Positions 32,327 through 42,519 of a stretch of 56,920 nt of DNA are shown in pieces; position 1 is the first letter of the stretch, and each line of letters starts with the position of its first letter. The stretch covers positions 1 through 56,920 of the forward strand of contig JAJRSC010000011.1 in assembly GCA_024278985.1 (NCBI GenBank). The letters are read 5' to 3'. Origin of the DNA: an archaeon. GTDB taxonomy: Archaea; AGJL01; Methanococci; Methanococcales; Methanocaldococcaceae. The position numbers and the translations under genes are program-made. The notes below the pieces were generated by a model. That model did not search any database. It was not told the DNA's origin and saw only the letters and a program-made list of their open reading frames with translations.

Positions 32327-33331
32327 ATGGATATTATAATTTTAGGATTTGGAGTTATAGGGAGAGGATTGGCTAAGGTTCTATATAATAAGAGTGATTA
32401 TTTATCTAAAAATTATGGAAAATTTAATGTTGTTGGAATTGCAGACAGTTCTGGAGGAATATATAATAAGGATGGAATTGACTTGTTAAAGGCAATAGAA
32501 GTTAAAGAGAAAACTGGAAAAATAACTAATTATAAAGATGCCAAAAAAATGGATATTTTAGATTTAATAAAAGAAGATGGAGATGTTGTTGTTGAAGTTA
32601 CTCCTTCAAATCTAGAAACAGGAGAACCTGCTAATACCCATATAATTGAAAGTTTTAAAAATGACAAACATGTTGTTACTGCCAATAAAGGACCTTTATG
32701 TTTATGTTTTAATGAACTTATAACTACTGCTAAGAAGTACAATAAAATTTTTAGATTTGAGGCATCAGTTGGAGGAGCAATGCCAATAATAAACTTAGCT
32801 AAGGAAACACTTGCTGGAAATGAAATATATTCAATTATTGGAATTTTAAATGGAACTACTAACTATATACTTACAAAGATGGAAGAGGAAAAAATAGATT
32901 TTGAAACTGCCTTAAAAGAAGCTCAAGAGTTAGGAATTGCTGAAACAAATCCTTCTCAAGATATTGATGGTTTAGATACTGCTGCAAAGATTGTTATTTT
33001 AGCAAATGCTATAATGGGGCTAAATAAGACAATAAAAGATGTTAAAATAAAAGGAATCAGAAGAATAACCCCAGAAGCAATATTATTGGCTAATAAAAGA
33101 GGATATACTATAAAACTTATAGGGAATGTCAATAGAAAAAAACTTATTGTTGAACCTACTTTAATCCCAAAATATAGCCCATTAAATGTTAAAGGAACTT
33201 TAAATGTTGCAATGTTTGAGACAGATTTAGCAAAAGAAGTTGTAGTCGTTGGAAGAGGTGCGGGACCTATAGAAACATCATCCGCTATTTTAAGTGATTT
33301 GATTAGTATCTATAAAGAAATAAAAAAATAA
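32327..33331 (+). CDS. hom: Homoserine dehydrogenase
   Basis: [44 protein letters not shown]. Confidence 0.96.
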   Translation: MDIIILGFGVIGRGLAKVLYNKSDYLSKNYGKFNVVGIADSSGGIYNKDGIDLLKAIEVKEKTGKITNYKDAKKMDILDLIKEDGDVVVEVTPSNLETGEPANTHIIESFKNDKHVVTANKGPLCLCFNELITTAKKYNKIFRFEASVGGAMPIINLAKETLAGNEIYSIIGILNGTTNYILTKMEEEKIDFETALKEAQELGIAETNPSQDIDGLDTAAKIVILANAIMGLNKTIKDVKIKGIRRITPEAILLANKRGYTIKLIGNVNRKKLIVEPTLIPKYSPLNVKGTLNVAMFETDLAKEVVVVGRGAGPIETSSAILSDLISIYKEIKK

Positions 33332-33340
33332 CATATTTAT

Positions 33341-33916
33341 TTATTCTTTAATAAACTTTTTTAAATAATACTTGCTATAAATTGCTCCAGCTGTATTGTG
33401 AGATAAAACTCTATCTTTAACAATAAATGTAGTTGTTGGAGCTTTTGAATACTTTTGAAATAAAATATCATGTCCAATACATAACCCAACAATAATATTT
33501 AAATCAGTTCCAATTTCATTTAAAATTTCCGCCTGTCCTATTGGATTGCACATAGCTTCTTTACCATTATTAATCTTTTTTAACTCATAAACATCTTTAT
33601 CAATTCCACAAACCTTACAACAAACAGAATAAACATTAAAATGTTGTGATAAAATTTTATCTAATGTTTTTGCTTCATTTTCTAACCCTATACAGAAAGC
33701 AATACCTATTTTTTTATAATCCATAAGTTTGCAAAACTCTATAATCTCCTCCAGTCTTGTTTTTTTCATGTAATATTTTGCTTCAATATAGGCAGAAATT
33801 TTTGCTATTTTTAAATTTTCTTCTTTTTTATATTCATTTAATATTTTTTCTGTTATATCTTTTTTGCAGTTTTTTCCAGCATAGCAAAGTTTTTTATTAC
33901 ATTTAGAGCATTTCAT
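33341..33916 (-). CDS. DUF1847 Cys-rich metal-binding protein
   Basis: TRLEE, GIAFCIGL, SVCCKVCG, CNPIGQA, GLCIGHD, VKDRVLSHN; ATG 33916 follows an AGGTG RBS. Confidence 0.87.
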   Translation of the reverse strand: MKCSKCNKKLCYAGKNCKKDITEKILNEYKKEENLKIAKISAYIEAKYYMKKTRLEEIIEFCKLMDYKKIGIAFCIGLENEAKTLDKILSQHFNVYSVCCKVCGIDKDVYELKKINNGKEAMCNPIGQAEILNEIGTDLNIIVGLCIGHDILFQKYSKAPTTTFIVKDRVLSHNTAGAIYSKYYLKKFIKE

Positions 33917-33942
33917 AATTGACACCTATAGTTGGGGAATAT

Positions 33943-34998
33943 ATGAGAATTGATACATTTATATTTTTAATATTTATTGGTATTGGGATTTTATTTTTAT
34001 TGACAATTATAAACCCAATGGAAATGTTTTATATTGTAGAATGGAAAACAATTTTTTCCCTGTTTTATTTAATGGTTATTGTAAATGTTATGAAAGATTC
34101 AAAGTTTTTAGATTATATATCTTTAAAAATCTTAAAGAGGACAAATAGAATTTTTATTTCTCTCATATTTTTAACTTTGTTTTCATCATCTTTAATAACC
34201 AATGATGTTTCTCTCTTTGTTATTATTCCTCTAACTCTTATTATTCATAAATATACAAAAATGCCTATAAAGGATTTAGAAAAGCTTATTATTTTTGAAG
34301 GAGTATCTGCAAATATTGGCAGTGCTTTAACACCAATAGGTAATCCTCAAAATCTATTTTTGTTTCATTTCTATAATATTGGTATAGTTAATTTTATAAT
34401 TAATATGCTTCCATTTGAAATTTTAGGGATTTTGGTTATACTTCCATTTTTAGAATTTAAAAAGTATGATGTTAAGGTAGATATTAATATTAAATTCAGG
34501 AAAGAGTGGATTATATATATATTATTTTTTATTTTAGTTTTATTTTGTGTTTTTGGATTTTTGAACTTTGTATATATTTTTCCACTAATATTATTAATTT
34601 TGATTTATAAGGAAGTAAAAATTGATTATCTTTTTTTACTAACTTTTATATTCCTTTTTATTGATATTGAAGGACTTAAAAGGTTGGGGATTATTGATAT
34701 ATTTTCAATAAAATGTAATGATATTATGCTGATGATTTATTCTTCCCTACTTTCTCAAATAATCTCCAATGTACCAGCAACAGTATTACTCTCAAATTTA
34801 TATAAAAATTGGCTACCAATAGCTTATGGTGTAAATGCTGGTGGTAATGGAACTTTAATTGCATCATTTGCAAATTTAATAACTTTAAGGTTATCTGATG
34901 GAAAAGTAGAGGCAAGAAGGTTTTTATTAATTGGAGTGTTAATATATTTAATGCACTTAATTGCATTGATAGCTTATGCTAAAATCTTTTGGAGTTAG
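33943..34998 (+). CDS. SLC13/ArsB-NhaD (YbiR-like) anion permease
   Basis: ITNDVSL, ANIGSALTPIGNPQN, ISNVPA, GGNGTLIASFAN; ATG 33943 follows GGGGA. Confidence 0.87.
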   Translation: MRIDTFIFLIFIGIGILFLLTIINPMEMFYIVEWKTIFSLFYLMVIVNVMKDSKFLDYISLKILKRTNRIFISLIFLTLFSSSLITNDVSLFVIIPLTLIIHKYTKMPIKDLEKLIIFEGVSANIGSALTPIGNPQNLFLFHFYNIGIVNFIINMLPFEILGILVILPFLEFKKYDVKVDINIKFRKEWIIYILFFILVLFCVFGFLNFVYIFPLILLILIYKEVKIDYLFLLTFIFLFIDIEGLKRLGIIDIFSIKCNDIMLMIYSSLLSQIISNVPATVLLSNLYKNWLPIAYGVNAGGNGTLIASFANLITLRLSDGKVEARRFLLIGVLIYLMHLIALIAYAKIFWS

Positions 34999-35008
34999 AG
35001 GAGATATT

Positions 35009-36229
35009 ATGATGAACTTAATAGAGGAAGCCATAAAATTAGAAAGTGATTTAATAAGAATAAATTCAGTAAATCCGTCATTTGGGGGGAAAGGAGAAAA
35101 AGAAAAGGCTGAATATGTTAAAAAAAAGTTGTTAGAGTATGCTAAAAACATAAAAAATTATGAATTAAAGGAATACAACACAATAGATAAAAAAGGTTTT
35201 GAAAGGCCTAATATAGTATTTAAAATAGATTTTGGAAGAGATAAAACATTACATATTATTTCTCATTTAGATACAGTTCCAGAAGGAGATATAAGACTTT
35301 GGAAAACTAATCCATATGAACCATATATAGAGGATAATAAAATTTATGGAAGGGGAAGTGAAGATAATCATAAGGGGATTGTTTCCTCTCTAATATTATT
35401 AAAAATGTTATTAAACAGTAATATTAAACCTAAGTATAATTTATCTTTAATTTTTGTTTCTGATGAGGAAGATGGTAGTGAATATGGATTAAAATATCTT
35501 TTAAATTTTGAAGATGAGATATTTAAAAAAGAGGATTTAATTATAGTTCCTGACTTTAGTTCTCCAGAAGGAAACTTAATAGAAATTGGAGAAAAAGGTA
35601 TTTTATGGGTAAAATTTAAAATTTATGGAAAACAATGTCATGGCTCTACCCCAGATAGTGGTTTAAATGCAAATATTATAGCTTCTTCCCTACTCTTAAA
35701 TATCTACAAAGAACTTTATTCAAAATATAATATAGAAAATCCTATTTTCTTACCTGAATATTCAACATTTGAACCTACAATATTAAAGAACAATGTAGAA
35801 AATCCTAACACAATTCCTGGATATGTTGAATTTGTATTTGATTGTAGAATTCTGCCAGAGTATAAAATGGAAGATATCTTAAAAAGTATTGATGAAATTA
35901 TAAAAAACTATACTGGTAGTATAATAAAAGGTAGTGGAGAATATAATAATATAACTTATGAAATCCTAAAAAAAGAAAATCCTAATTTTACAAAAGAGGA
36001 TAGTGAAGTAGTTAAAGAACTTAGTAAAGCAATAAAAGAGGTATTAAAAAAAGAGCCTAAATTGTGTGGTATGGGTGGAGGAACTGTTGCTGCTTTTTTA
36101 AGAGAAAAAAACTATAATGTTGCTGTGTGGGGAATTGGAGATGGTACTGCACATCAACCAAATGAGTATGTAAAGGTTGATAACTTAATAGATATGGCTA
36201 AAGTTTATTATAAAATATTAGAGGGATAA
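35009..36229 (+). CDS. M20-family metallohydrolase (ArgE/DapE-like)
   Basis: SHLDTVP, GRGSEDN, DEE, GKQCHGS, AHQPNE. Confidence 0.9.
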   Translation: MMNLIEEAIKLESDLIRINSVNPSFGGKGEKEKAEYVKKKLLEYAKNIKNYELKEYNTIDKKGFERPNIVFKIDFGRDKTLHIISHLDTVPEGDIRLWKTNPYEPYIEDNKIYGRGSEDNHKGIVSSLILLKMLLNSNIKPKYNLSLIFVSDEEDGSEYGLKYLLNFEDEIFKKEDLIIVPDFSSPEGNLIEIGEKGILWVKFKIYGKQCHGSTPDSGLNANIIASSLLLNIYKELYSKYNIENPIFLPEYSTFEPTILKNNVENPNTIPGYVEFVFDCRILPEYKMEDILKSIDEIIKNYTGSIIKGSGEYNNITYEILKKENPNFTKEDSEVVKELSKAIKEVLKKEPKLCGMGGGTVAAFLREKNYNVAVWGIGDGTAHQPNEYVKVDNLIDMAKVYYKILEG

Positions 36230-36230
36230 A

Positions 36231-36980
36231 TTGAAAATTACCATTGTTGGAGCAGGTACAGGAGACCCTGAGTTAATAACAGTAAAAGGATTAAAAGCAA
36301 TTCAAGAGGCAGATGTTATTGTATATGCTGGCTCTTTAGTAAATAAAGAACTTTTAAAATATGCAAAAACTAAAGAAATATATGATAGTTCGAAGATGAA
36401 TTTAGATGAAATAATTAAAATAATGGTTAAGAGTGTTAAAGAAGGAAAAAAAGTTGTTCGACTGCATACTGGAGACCCATCAATATATGGAGCCATAAAA
36501 GAACAAATTGATGAACTGGCTAAGCATAATATAGATGTTGAAATCATTCCAGGGGTAAGTTCATTATTTGCAGCAGCTGCAAGTTTAAAAATAGAACTTA
36601 CTCTCCCAGATGTTTCTCAAACAGTTATAATAACAAGACCAGAAGGTAGAACAAAAGTTCCTGAAAAAGAAAAATTAAAAGAATTGGCTAAACATAACTC
36701 AACAATGGCAATATTTTTAGGAGTTTCTTTAATTGATAAAGTTGTTAATGAACTTTTAGAAGGAGGGTACTCTAAAGATACTCCTGTAGCAGTTGTATAT
36801 AAAGCATCTTGGCCAGATGAAAAAATAATATTGGGAACATTAAATGATATATCTGAAAAAGTTAAAAAGGAAGGTATTAATAGAACTGCCTTAATAATAG
36901 TAGGGGATGTTTTAAATCCTAAATATTATAGCTATTCTAAATTATATGATAAGAATTTTAAACATGGATTTAGAAAATAG
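36231..36980 (+). CDS. cbiF: Cobalt-precorrin-4 C11-methyltransferase
   Basis: VGAGTGDPELITVKG, YAGSLV, RLHTGDPSIYGA, SKLYD..F.HGFR. Confidence 0.94.
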   Translation: MKITIVGAGTGDPELITVKGLKAIQEADVIVYAGSLVNKELLKYAKTKEIYDSSKMNLDEIIKIMVKSVKEGKKVVRLHTGDPSIYGAIKEQIDELAKHNIDVEIIPGVSSLFAAAASLKIELTLPDVSQTVIITRPEGRTKVPEKEKLKELAKHNSTMAIFLGVSLIDKVVNELLEGGYSKDTPVAVVYKASWPDEKIILGTLNDISEKVKKEGINRTALIIVGDVLNPKYYSYSKLYDKNFKHGFRK

Positions 36981-37191
36981 CAAAATATAAATATAAAATA
37001 TTTAATGTATAACTATAATATAGATGGATATAGTTATAGTTAATTATATAATTTTGTTACTTTTTAATAATATTTATAATAGTAATATATTAGTAAATTA
37101 ATTTTTAATAATATTTCATAATATAATATATTTGTATATACCAATATTAAGAATTATAAAATTTAATTACTAAAAAATCTGGTGAGGGGTT

Positions 37192-38637
37192 ATGAAAGGG
37201 GCATATGTAATAAGATATATCACCCCATTTATAAGCTATATAATATTAGCGATTTTATTTGTTATTTTTTTATACTATGTATATCACTTACCACTACTTA
37301 TTTGTGGAGGATATATCATATTAATAATACTTGTTAGTATTGGTACATTTGTTTATATAAAAAAGGAGATTATAGAACCAATTATAATAATAAGTAATAT
37401 ACTAAAAAAAGAAAATCTTGAAAAAGATTATTCTTTTAAGGGGATATTTTTAGAGATATATAAAAACATCCAAAATCTATATAATATAGTTAATGAATGT
37501 AAAAAAATTAAAGTTCAAAATAAAGAATTAAAAGATTTACTAACAGAAATTGATAATATAATGAAAAATATTTCCAGTGGAAATATAACCTCAAGATTAA
37601 AAATAAATGAAAAAGATTCTGAAAAAATTAAAACATTTAAGAAAAATTTCAATGATGCACTAAATGCTTTATCATTTATGATATATGACCAGTTAAAAAA
37701 TATTAAAAAGCTAAACTCAGAAATAAATAGATTAAAAGAGGAAATTGAAAAAATAGCAGAAGCTTCAGATCAAATTGCAGATGCTGCTCAGCAAGTTGCT
37801 ACAGCTGCAACAGACCAATCTACAAAACTTCAAGATTTATCTCAAGATTTAGAACATACTGCAAAACTATCTGAAGAAACATTACAATCAGCAGAAGAAG
37901 GAGTTCATGCTATCCAGATTGTAGAAGAAAGGTCTAATGAAGGTATTAAAAATATTGAAAATGCTATAGAAACAATGCAAAGAATTGCTAACGTTATAGA
38001 TGAGTTGGGTAAAGCGTTGGAAGAACTTGGAAGGGAAAGCCAAAAAATTAATGAAATAACAGCACTAATTAAGGATATTGCAGAACAAACTGGTTTATTA
38101 GCTTTAAACGCATCCATTGAAGCGGCAAGAGCAGGAGATGCAGGAAGAGGGTTTGCAGTAGTCGCGAGTGAAATTAAAGGTTTGGCTGAGGAAATAGGTA
38201 GGTCTGTAGAGGATATAAATAAAACTGTTGATGAGATTAGAAGAGCTATAGAAAAAACTATAGAACTTGGATTAACAGGAAAGGATGAAGTTGATAAGGG
38301 AGTTGTTGCAATAGACGAGGTTAATAATGCATTTTTAAAAATTAAGGAAGCAGTAGATAAAACCCACGAAGTTATTGAAAAAATAAAAATTAATGCAAAA
38401 ACATCCGCAGATAAAGTTCAAGAATCATTAAGAAATGTCCAAGATATCGCGTCTATTTCTGAGGAGTTTGCTGCAACTGCTGAAGAACTAACAGCTTCAA
38501 CTGAGGAATTAAATGCCTCAATACAAGAATTTAAAAATATTGTTAAAAAACTTGAAGAAACTTCTAAAATTGCTGATGAATTGGCACATAGATTTAAAAT
38601 TGATGAGGAAAATTTAAATTATTTACAAAATAAATAA
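37192..38637 (+). CDS. Methyl-accepting chemotaxis protein
   Basis: Two N-terminal TMs, HAMP-like region, signalling hairpin [30 protein letters not shown]. Confidence 0.95.
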   Translation: MKGAYVIRYITPFISYIILAILFVIFLYYVYHLPLLICGGYIILIILVSIGTFVYIKKEIIEPIIIISNILKKENLEKDYSFKGIFLEIYKNIQNLYNIVNECKKIKVQNKELKDLLTEIDNIMKNISSGNITSRLKINEKDSEKIKTFKKNFNDALNALSFMIYDQLKNIKKLNSEINRLKEEIEKIAEASDQIADAAQQVATAATDQSTKLQDLSQDLEHTAKLSEETLQSAEEGVHAIQIVEERSNEGIKNIENAIETMQRIANVIDELGKALEELGRESQKINEITALIKDIAEQTGLLALNASIEAARAGDAGRGFAVVASEIKGLAEEIGRSVEDINKTVDEIRRAIEKTIELGLTGKDEVDKGVVAIDEVNNAFLKIKEAVDKTHEVIEKIKINAKTSADKVQESLRNVQDIASISEEFAATAEELTASTEELNASIQEFKNIVKKLEETSKIADELAHRFKIDEENLNYLQNK

Positions 38638-38662
38638 TTAATATTATTAATAATAAAAAAAG

Positions 38663-39250
38663 GTGATTACTTTGGAAGAGCAAAGATTAGACTGTCCTAT
38701 CTGTGGAGGAAAGAATTCATTAGTTATTATTAATAATAAAATAGATATTCCTTATTTTGGACCAGTTTTGGAAACAACAATAATGTGTGAAAAGTGTAAA
38801 TTTAAAAGGAGTGATGTAATCCCTTTAGAAGTTAGAGACCCTAAGAAATATACTTTAAAAATAAAAAATGAAAAAGACTTATTTAAGAGAGTTGTAAGAA
38901 GTTCATCATCCTTTATCTATATTCCAGAGTTAGGAGTAGAAATAACTCCTGGACCCTTGGCTGAAGGTTTTGTTAGTAATGTAGAGGGGGTTTTAGATAG
39001 AGTAGATAAAGTATTAGATACCCTAATAAGATGGGCTGAAACTGAAGAACAAAAAAAGAAAGGAGAAGAAATAAAACAAAAAATTAAAGATTTAAAAGAA
39101 GGAAAAGGAGAAGCAACTTTAATATTAATTGACCCATTAGGTCATAGTGCTATAATAGGAGAGGGAGTTGAAGAGGAGATATTAGATGAGAAAGAAGTAG
39201 AAAAATTAAAAGAAGGAATAAATATTAATATTATTGATAATAAAAAATAA
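38663..39250 (+). CDS. ZPR1 zinc-finger protein
   Basis: CPICG, IPYFG, CEKC, IPELG, EGFVSNVEG, LIDPLGHS. Confidence 0.92.
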   Translation: MITLEEQRLDCPICGGKNSLVIINNKIDIPYFGPVLETTIMCEKCKFKRSDVIPLEVRDPKKYTLKIKNEKDLFKRVVRSSSSFIYIPELGVEITPGPLAEGFVSNVEGVLDRVDKVLDTLIRWAETEEQKKKGEEIKQKIKDLKEGKGEATLILIDPLGHSAIIGEGVEEEILDEKEVEKLKEGININIIDNKK

Positions 39251-39319
39251 TTACTGGCTCAGTTCGGGTAAGTTTCATCATCTATATTCAGATAACCCTC
39301 TTATCATCATTGCCACTAA
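39251..39319 (-). ncRNA. Box C/D 2'-O-methylation guide sRNA targeting 23S rRNA
   Basis: Minus strand: TGGC-A-ATGATGA (C)-TAAGAGGGTTAT-CTGA (D')-ATATAG-ATGATGA (C')-AACTTACCCGAA-CTGA (D)-GCCA; two 12-nt guides, terminal stem, GC-enriched intergenic island. Confidence 0.93.
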
Positions 39320-39391
39320 AAATATTTTTATAGTATTTTATTTTTTATTTATATTATAAACATCTCTTATTTAACTATTGTGTGTGGAATT

Positions 39392-39940
39392 ATGAAAAAA
39401 AGTAACGATTGGTTTGAACAACTTCTCTCAGAACTTAATAAGAAATCAAATCATATGAACAATATTGATTTAGTTATTGAAGAGCTTATTGATAAAATTA
39501 ATGAACTTATATCTGAAATAAATAATTATGTTGCTGAAACACATTATGGATTAAATATTACAAATGAAAAAATAAATAAATCAATTGAAGAAATCAATAA
39601 ATTACAAAAAAAGCTTGAAGAGTATCTTTCTATCTCAAATGATATGAAAAGAACATTTGAAGATACTTATTTGTCATTAATGAAAATTAAAGATGAAATA
39701 AATGATGTAAAAGAATACTTTGAAGAATCATCTAATAAAATTTATGAAAAAAATGAATATCTTGAAAATACAATTCAACAACATGAAAAAAGGTTATATG
39801 AACTATCTAACAAAATTAAAGAATTAACAAAAAATCAGAAAGAAATTAAAAATAACATTAATTACTTAAAAAATATTCTTTATGTAGCAATTGGTTTATT
39901 AATTATAAATCTTCTTGTCTCTATAAAACTATTTTTTTAA
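39392..39940 (+). CDS. Coiled-coil protein with C-terminal TM anchor, unknown function
   Basis: Heptad-rich E/K/N/L/I sequence followed by ILYVAIGLLIINLLVSIKLFF; ATG 39392 (track start 39380). Confidence 0.7.
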   Translation: MKKSNDWFEQLLSELNKKSNHMNNIDLVIEELIDKINELISEINNYVAETHYGLNITNEKINKSIEEINKLQKKLEEYLSISNDMKRTFEDTYLSLMKIKDEINDVKEYFEESSNKIYEKNEYLENTIQQHEKRLYELSNKIKELTKNQKEIKNNINYLKNILYVAIGLLIINLLVSIKLFF

Positions 39941-40985
39941 ATTTGACATTTTTGTTTTTTAAAATGTTTTCAATCTTTTTTAATAGTTCATTAAAATAGT
40001 ACTTCTCTTTATCTAAATTTATTAACTTTCCAGCATCATCATCTCTTATATTTAAAATCTTATATACTACTGAACCCCTTGTAATATTACTATACTCTAA
40101 TAATCCATCTTTATCTCCATCCACAATTCCAACAATTCTAACCCCAAATCTTGATAATATATCCCCAACTATTTCTGTTGTATCATCCCCTATAGTTATA
40201 ACTGCCATACAGTCCTTATATTTTAAAGCATCTTCACCAGCATGATTTATAATCTTAACCTTTCCATATTCCTCTTTTGCAAAATTCTCAACTATAAAAG
40301 CATCTCTTCTTAATTTTCCAGTTTTTATAACTGCAGTCTTTAAATCTATTTTTCCCAGCCTATTTAAACCTTCCTCTTTTAGTTCTCCACCTATTATTTT
40401 AAGTTTTCCTTTATCCTCTATTAATATAACTTCATTATCTAATGCTCTCCCTATAACAACTCCATTAACAATTATTGGCTCTCCTTTTTCAACTCCATGA
40501 ATCTTTCTATATACTTTTCCATTTTTTTCCCATAAACTTAACCCATCACTTATACATTTTTCTATATTTAAATTTAGATGTTTTTTTAAATAATCAATTA
40601 ATTCATCAGCTTTTTTATTGTAATTCCATATTATAATGCTTCCATCTTTCTCTCCAGGCCTTTCTATTTGAATTATAGGTTTTTTTACTTTTGATTTCTC
40701 AACTACTATTTTACCAAATGTATGGCCTGTTATCTTACTTTTACCATAATTTAATAAAAGTAGAATATCACACTCCTTTTCTAATCTTTTTAATGCCTCA
40801 GAAGGTAAAAGTTTCTCAGAGATGTCAATAATATCAGTTAGATTATTATCAATTACTGCCACTCTTCCAATAGTCCCTCCAAGTTTTGCCTTAAAAGAGT
40901 ACTTATTACCAACAAGATTTATAATCTTTTTAGCATATCCACTATCCACTATTTTAGGACCATGAACAACTATTCCCACTCTCAT
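39921..40985 (-). CDS. DUF2117 family methanogen protein
   Basis: GIVVHGP..VDSG, LGGT.GRVAVID, QIERPGE, TIGDDTT..GDIL.RFG..IVGIVDGD. Confidence 0.82.
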   Translation of the reverse strand: MRVGIVVHGPKIVDSGYAKKIINLVGNKYSFKAKLGGTIGRVAVIDNNLTDIIDISEKLLPSEALKRLEKECDILLLLNYGKSKITGHTFGKIVVEKSKVKKPIIQIERPGEKDGSIIIWNYNKKADELIDYLKKHLNLNIEKCISDGLSLWEKNGKVYRKIHGVEKGEPIIVNGVVIGRALDNEVILIEDKGKLKIIGGELKEEGLNRLGKIDLKTAVIKTGKLRRDAFIVENFAKEEYGKVKIINHAGEDALKYKDCMAVITIGDDTTEIVGDILSRFGVRIVGIVDGDKDGLLEYSNITRGSVVYKILNIRDDDAGKLINLDKEKYYFNELLKKIENILKNKNVKFKKIVL

Positions 40986-41048
40986 AAATATCCTAAAAAT
41001 AATATAATTAATTAAACAATTAATTAGAATATAAAAAAATAAAAATAT

Positions 41049-42008
41049 TTATACTAATTTCTTAAATGGATGATTATCTACTGGTTCAATTCCTAACTCT
41101 TTTGCTGCTTCTGCTATTGTAGCATCTATCATTGCAACTGCTGGGAAAACAACTTGAGCATCATCTATTGGACCATACAAGACAAAGTCTCCTGCAGCTA
41201 AAACTTGTGCTAATGTTGCACCAACATCACAGACAGCTTTTAATTCTTTTGATAATTCTCTATGACCTTCTTCTCTTAATTTTTTTCTAAATTCTCTTAA
41301 CCAATCCCATGCTGAAGGTATATTATGAATACCACTACCAACAGGATAACCAAATATTGCCTTAACAGCAAATGATGCTCTAACTGCTGGACCTGCTCCA
41401 TTTCCTAATGGAGTAACTGCAGTATCAATAAATAACTTATCAATTCCAGCTTTTTCAGCTAATTCTAATAATCCAGTACTTCCAGATTTTCCACCAGTTA
41501 AGAGAACATTTATTTTTCCTTCAACAGTTGGGTCCATAGGGTCAAAACATAAAACTATAGATGCAGATATATCACTATCTACTAAAACTTGGAACTCTTG
41601 TTCTTCAATAGAAACATTAATAGAGTTATAAATACATTGGTCAGCATATCCTGCTTCTGTTGCTCTTTTTGCTGCAGCCATTCTTGCTTCTCCTGATGTA
41701 GAGTCTAATAATATTGGTCCATCCCATACTTCAACAACAAAGTCAATATATTTTGTTAATGCTTCTGGAGTTCCTCCAAATACCTGAACCCATGCAGGGT
41801 TTCCAGTAATATCTTCCATTTCTGCCTGTTTATTAATTAAATCTTCAGCAGCAGCTTTATCAAAAATCCCTTTTCTCTCATCTTCAACTATCTTATGTCT
41901 GGCATAAAATATAGTTCCTGATAAAGCTGTTGGATACTCTCCTGGCTGACCTCCACATTTTCTACCTGCAACTTCATATACAAATTGTTCTCTATCAAAT
42001 TTAAACAT
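41049..42008 (-). CDS. mtrH: H4MPT S-methyltransferase subunit H
   Basis: GGQPGEYPT.L.GTIFY, IYNSIN, GSGIHNIPSAWDWLR. Confidence 0.97.
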   Translation of the reverse strand: MFKFDREQFVYEVAGRKCGGQPGEYPTALSGTIFYARHKIVEDERKGIFDKAAAEDLINKQAEMEDITGNPAWVQVFGGTPEALTKYIDFVVEVWDGPILLDSTSGEARMAAAKRATEAGYADQCIYNSINVSIEEQEFQVLVDSDISASIVLCFDPMDPTVEGKINVLLTGGKSGSTGLLELAEKAGIDKLFIDTAVTPLGNGAGPAVRASFAVKAIFGYPVGSGIHNIPSAWDWLREFRKKLREEGHRELSKELKAVCDVGATLAQVLAAGDFVLYGPIDDAQVVFPAVAMIDATIAEAAKELGIEPVDNHPFKKLV

Positions 42009-42030
42009 AAACTCACCTCTATTTATTTTT

Positions 42031-42285
42031 TTAAGGTTTTACTACTGTTACTTTTAAAGATAAAATTTCAATTATTTTTACCAATGTTGGTAAAATATAG
42101 GATAAAATTATACCAATAACTAACCCATATAATATACCTATATCTCTACCTACCTTTTTACCTGCCAACTGAAATAACTCTGCATTAGTGTTTTCTACTT
42201 TTTTTTCTAATTCATATAACCTTTTTTTTAGTTTTTCAAAATCTTTAGGGTCCATTATTACTTGAGGAACCTTTTCATCAGTCAT
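42031..42285 (-). CDS. mtrG: H4MPT S-methyltransferase subunit G
   Basis: KVENTNAELFQ..GKKVGRDIGILYG; operon position. Confidence 0.96.
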   Translation of the reverse strand: MTDEKVPQVIMDPKDFEKLKKRLYELEKKVENTNAELFQLAGKKVGRDIGILYGLVIGIILSYILPTLVKIIEILSLKVTVVKP

Positions 42286-42291
42286 TTAAAT

Positions 42292-42498
42292 TCACCTCAA
42301 TAAATAATATAAAATTAATGGAATTGCTACCATAACTACAGCAAAAACTACTCCTAATAATATTCCTCTAATTCCAGCAGACTCAACTCCTGCCTCTAAC
42401 CCTCTATTTCTTGTCATTAATCCAACTTTATACTCTAATTCTTCCATATATTCTTGAATTGACTTTATATTTGGCTTGTTTGAAATCTCTACTCCCAT
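42292..42498 (-). CDS. mtrF: H4MPT S-methyltransferase subunit F (stand-alone)
   Basis: NKPN...EELEYK..L..RNR.L.AG; operon position. Confidence 0.93.
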   Translation of the reverse strand: MGVEISNKPNIKSIQEYMEELEYKVGLMTRNRGLEAGVESAGIRGILLGVVFAVVMVAIPLILYYLLR

Positions 42499-42519
42499 AT
42501 TATATCCCCATTATTATAT

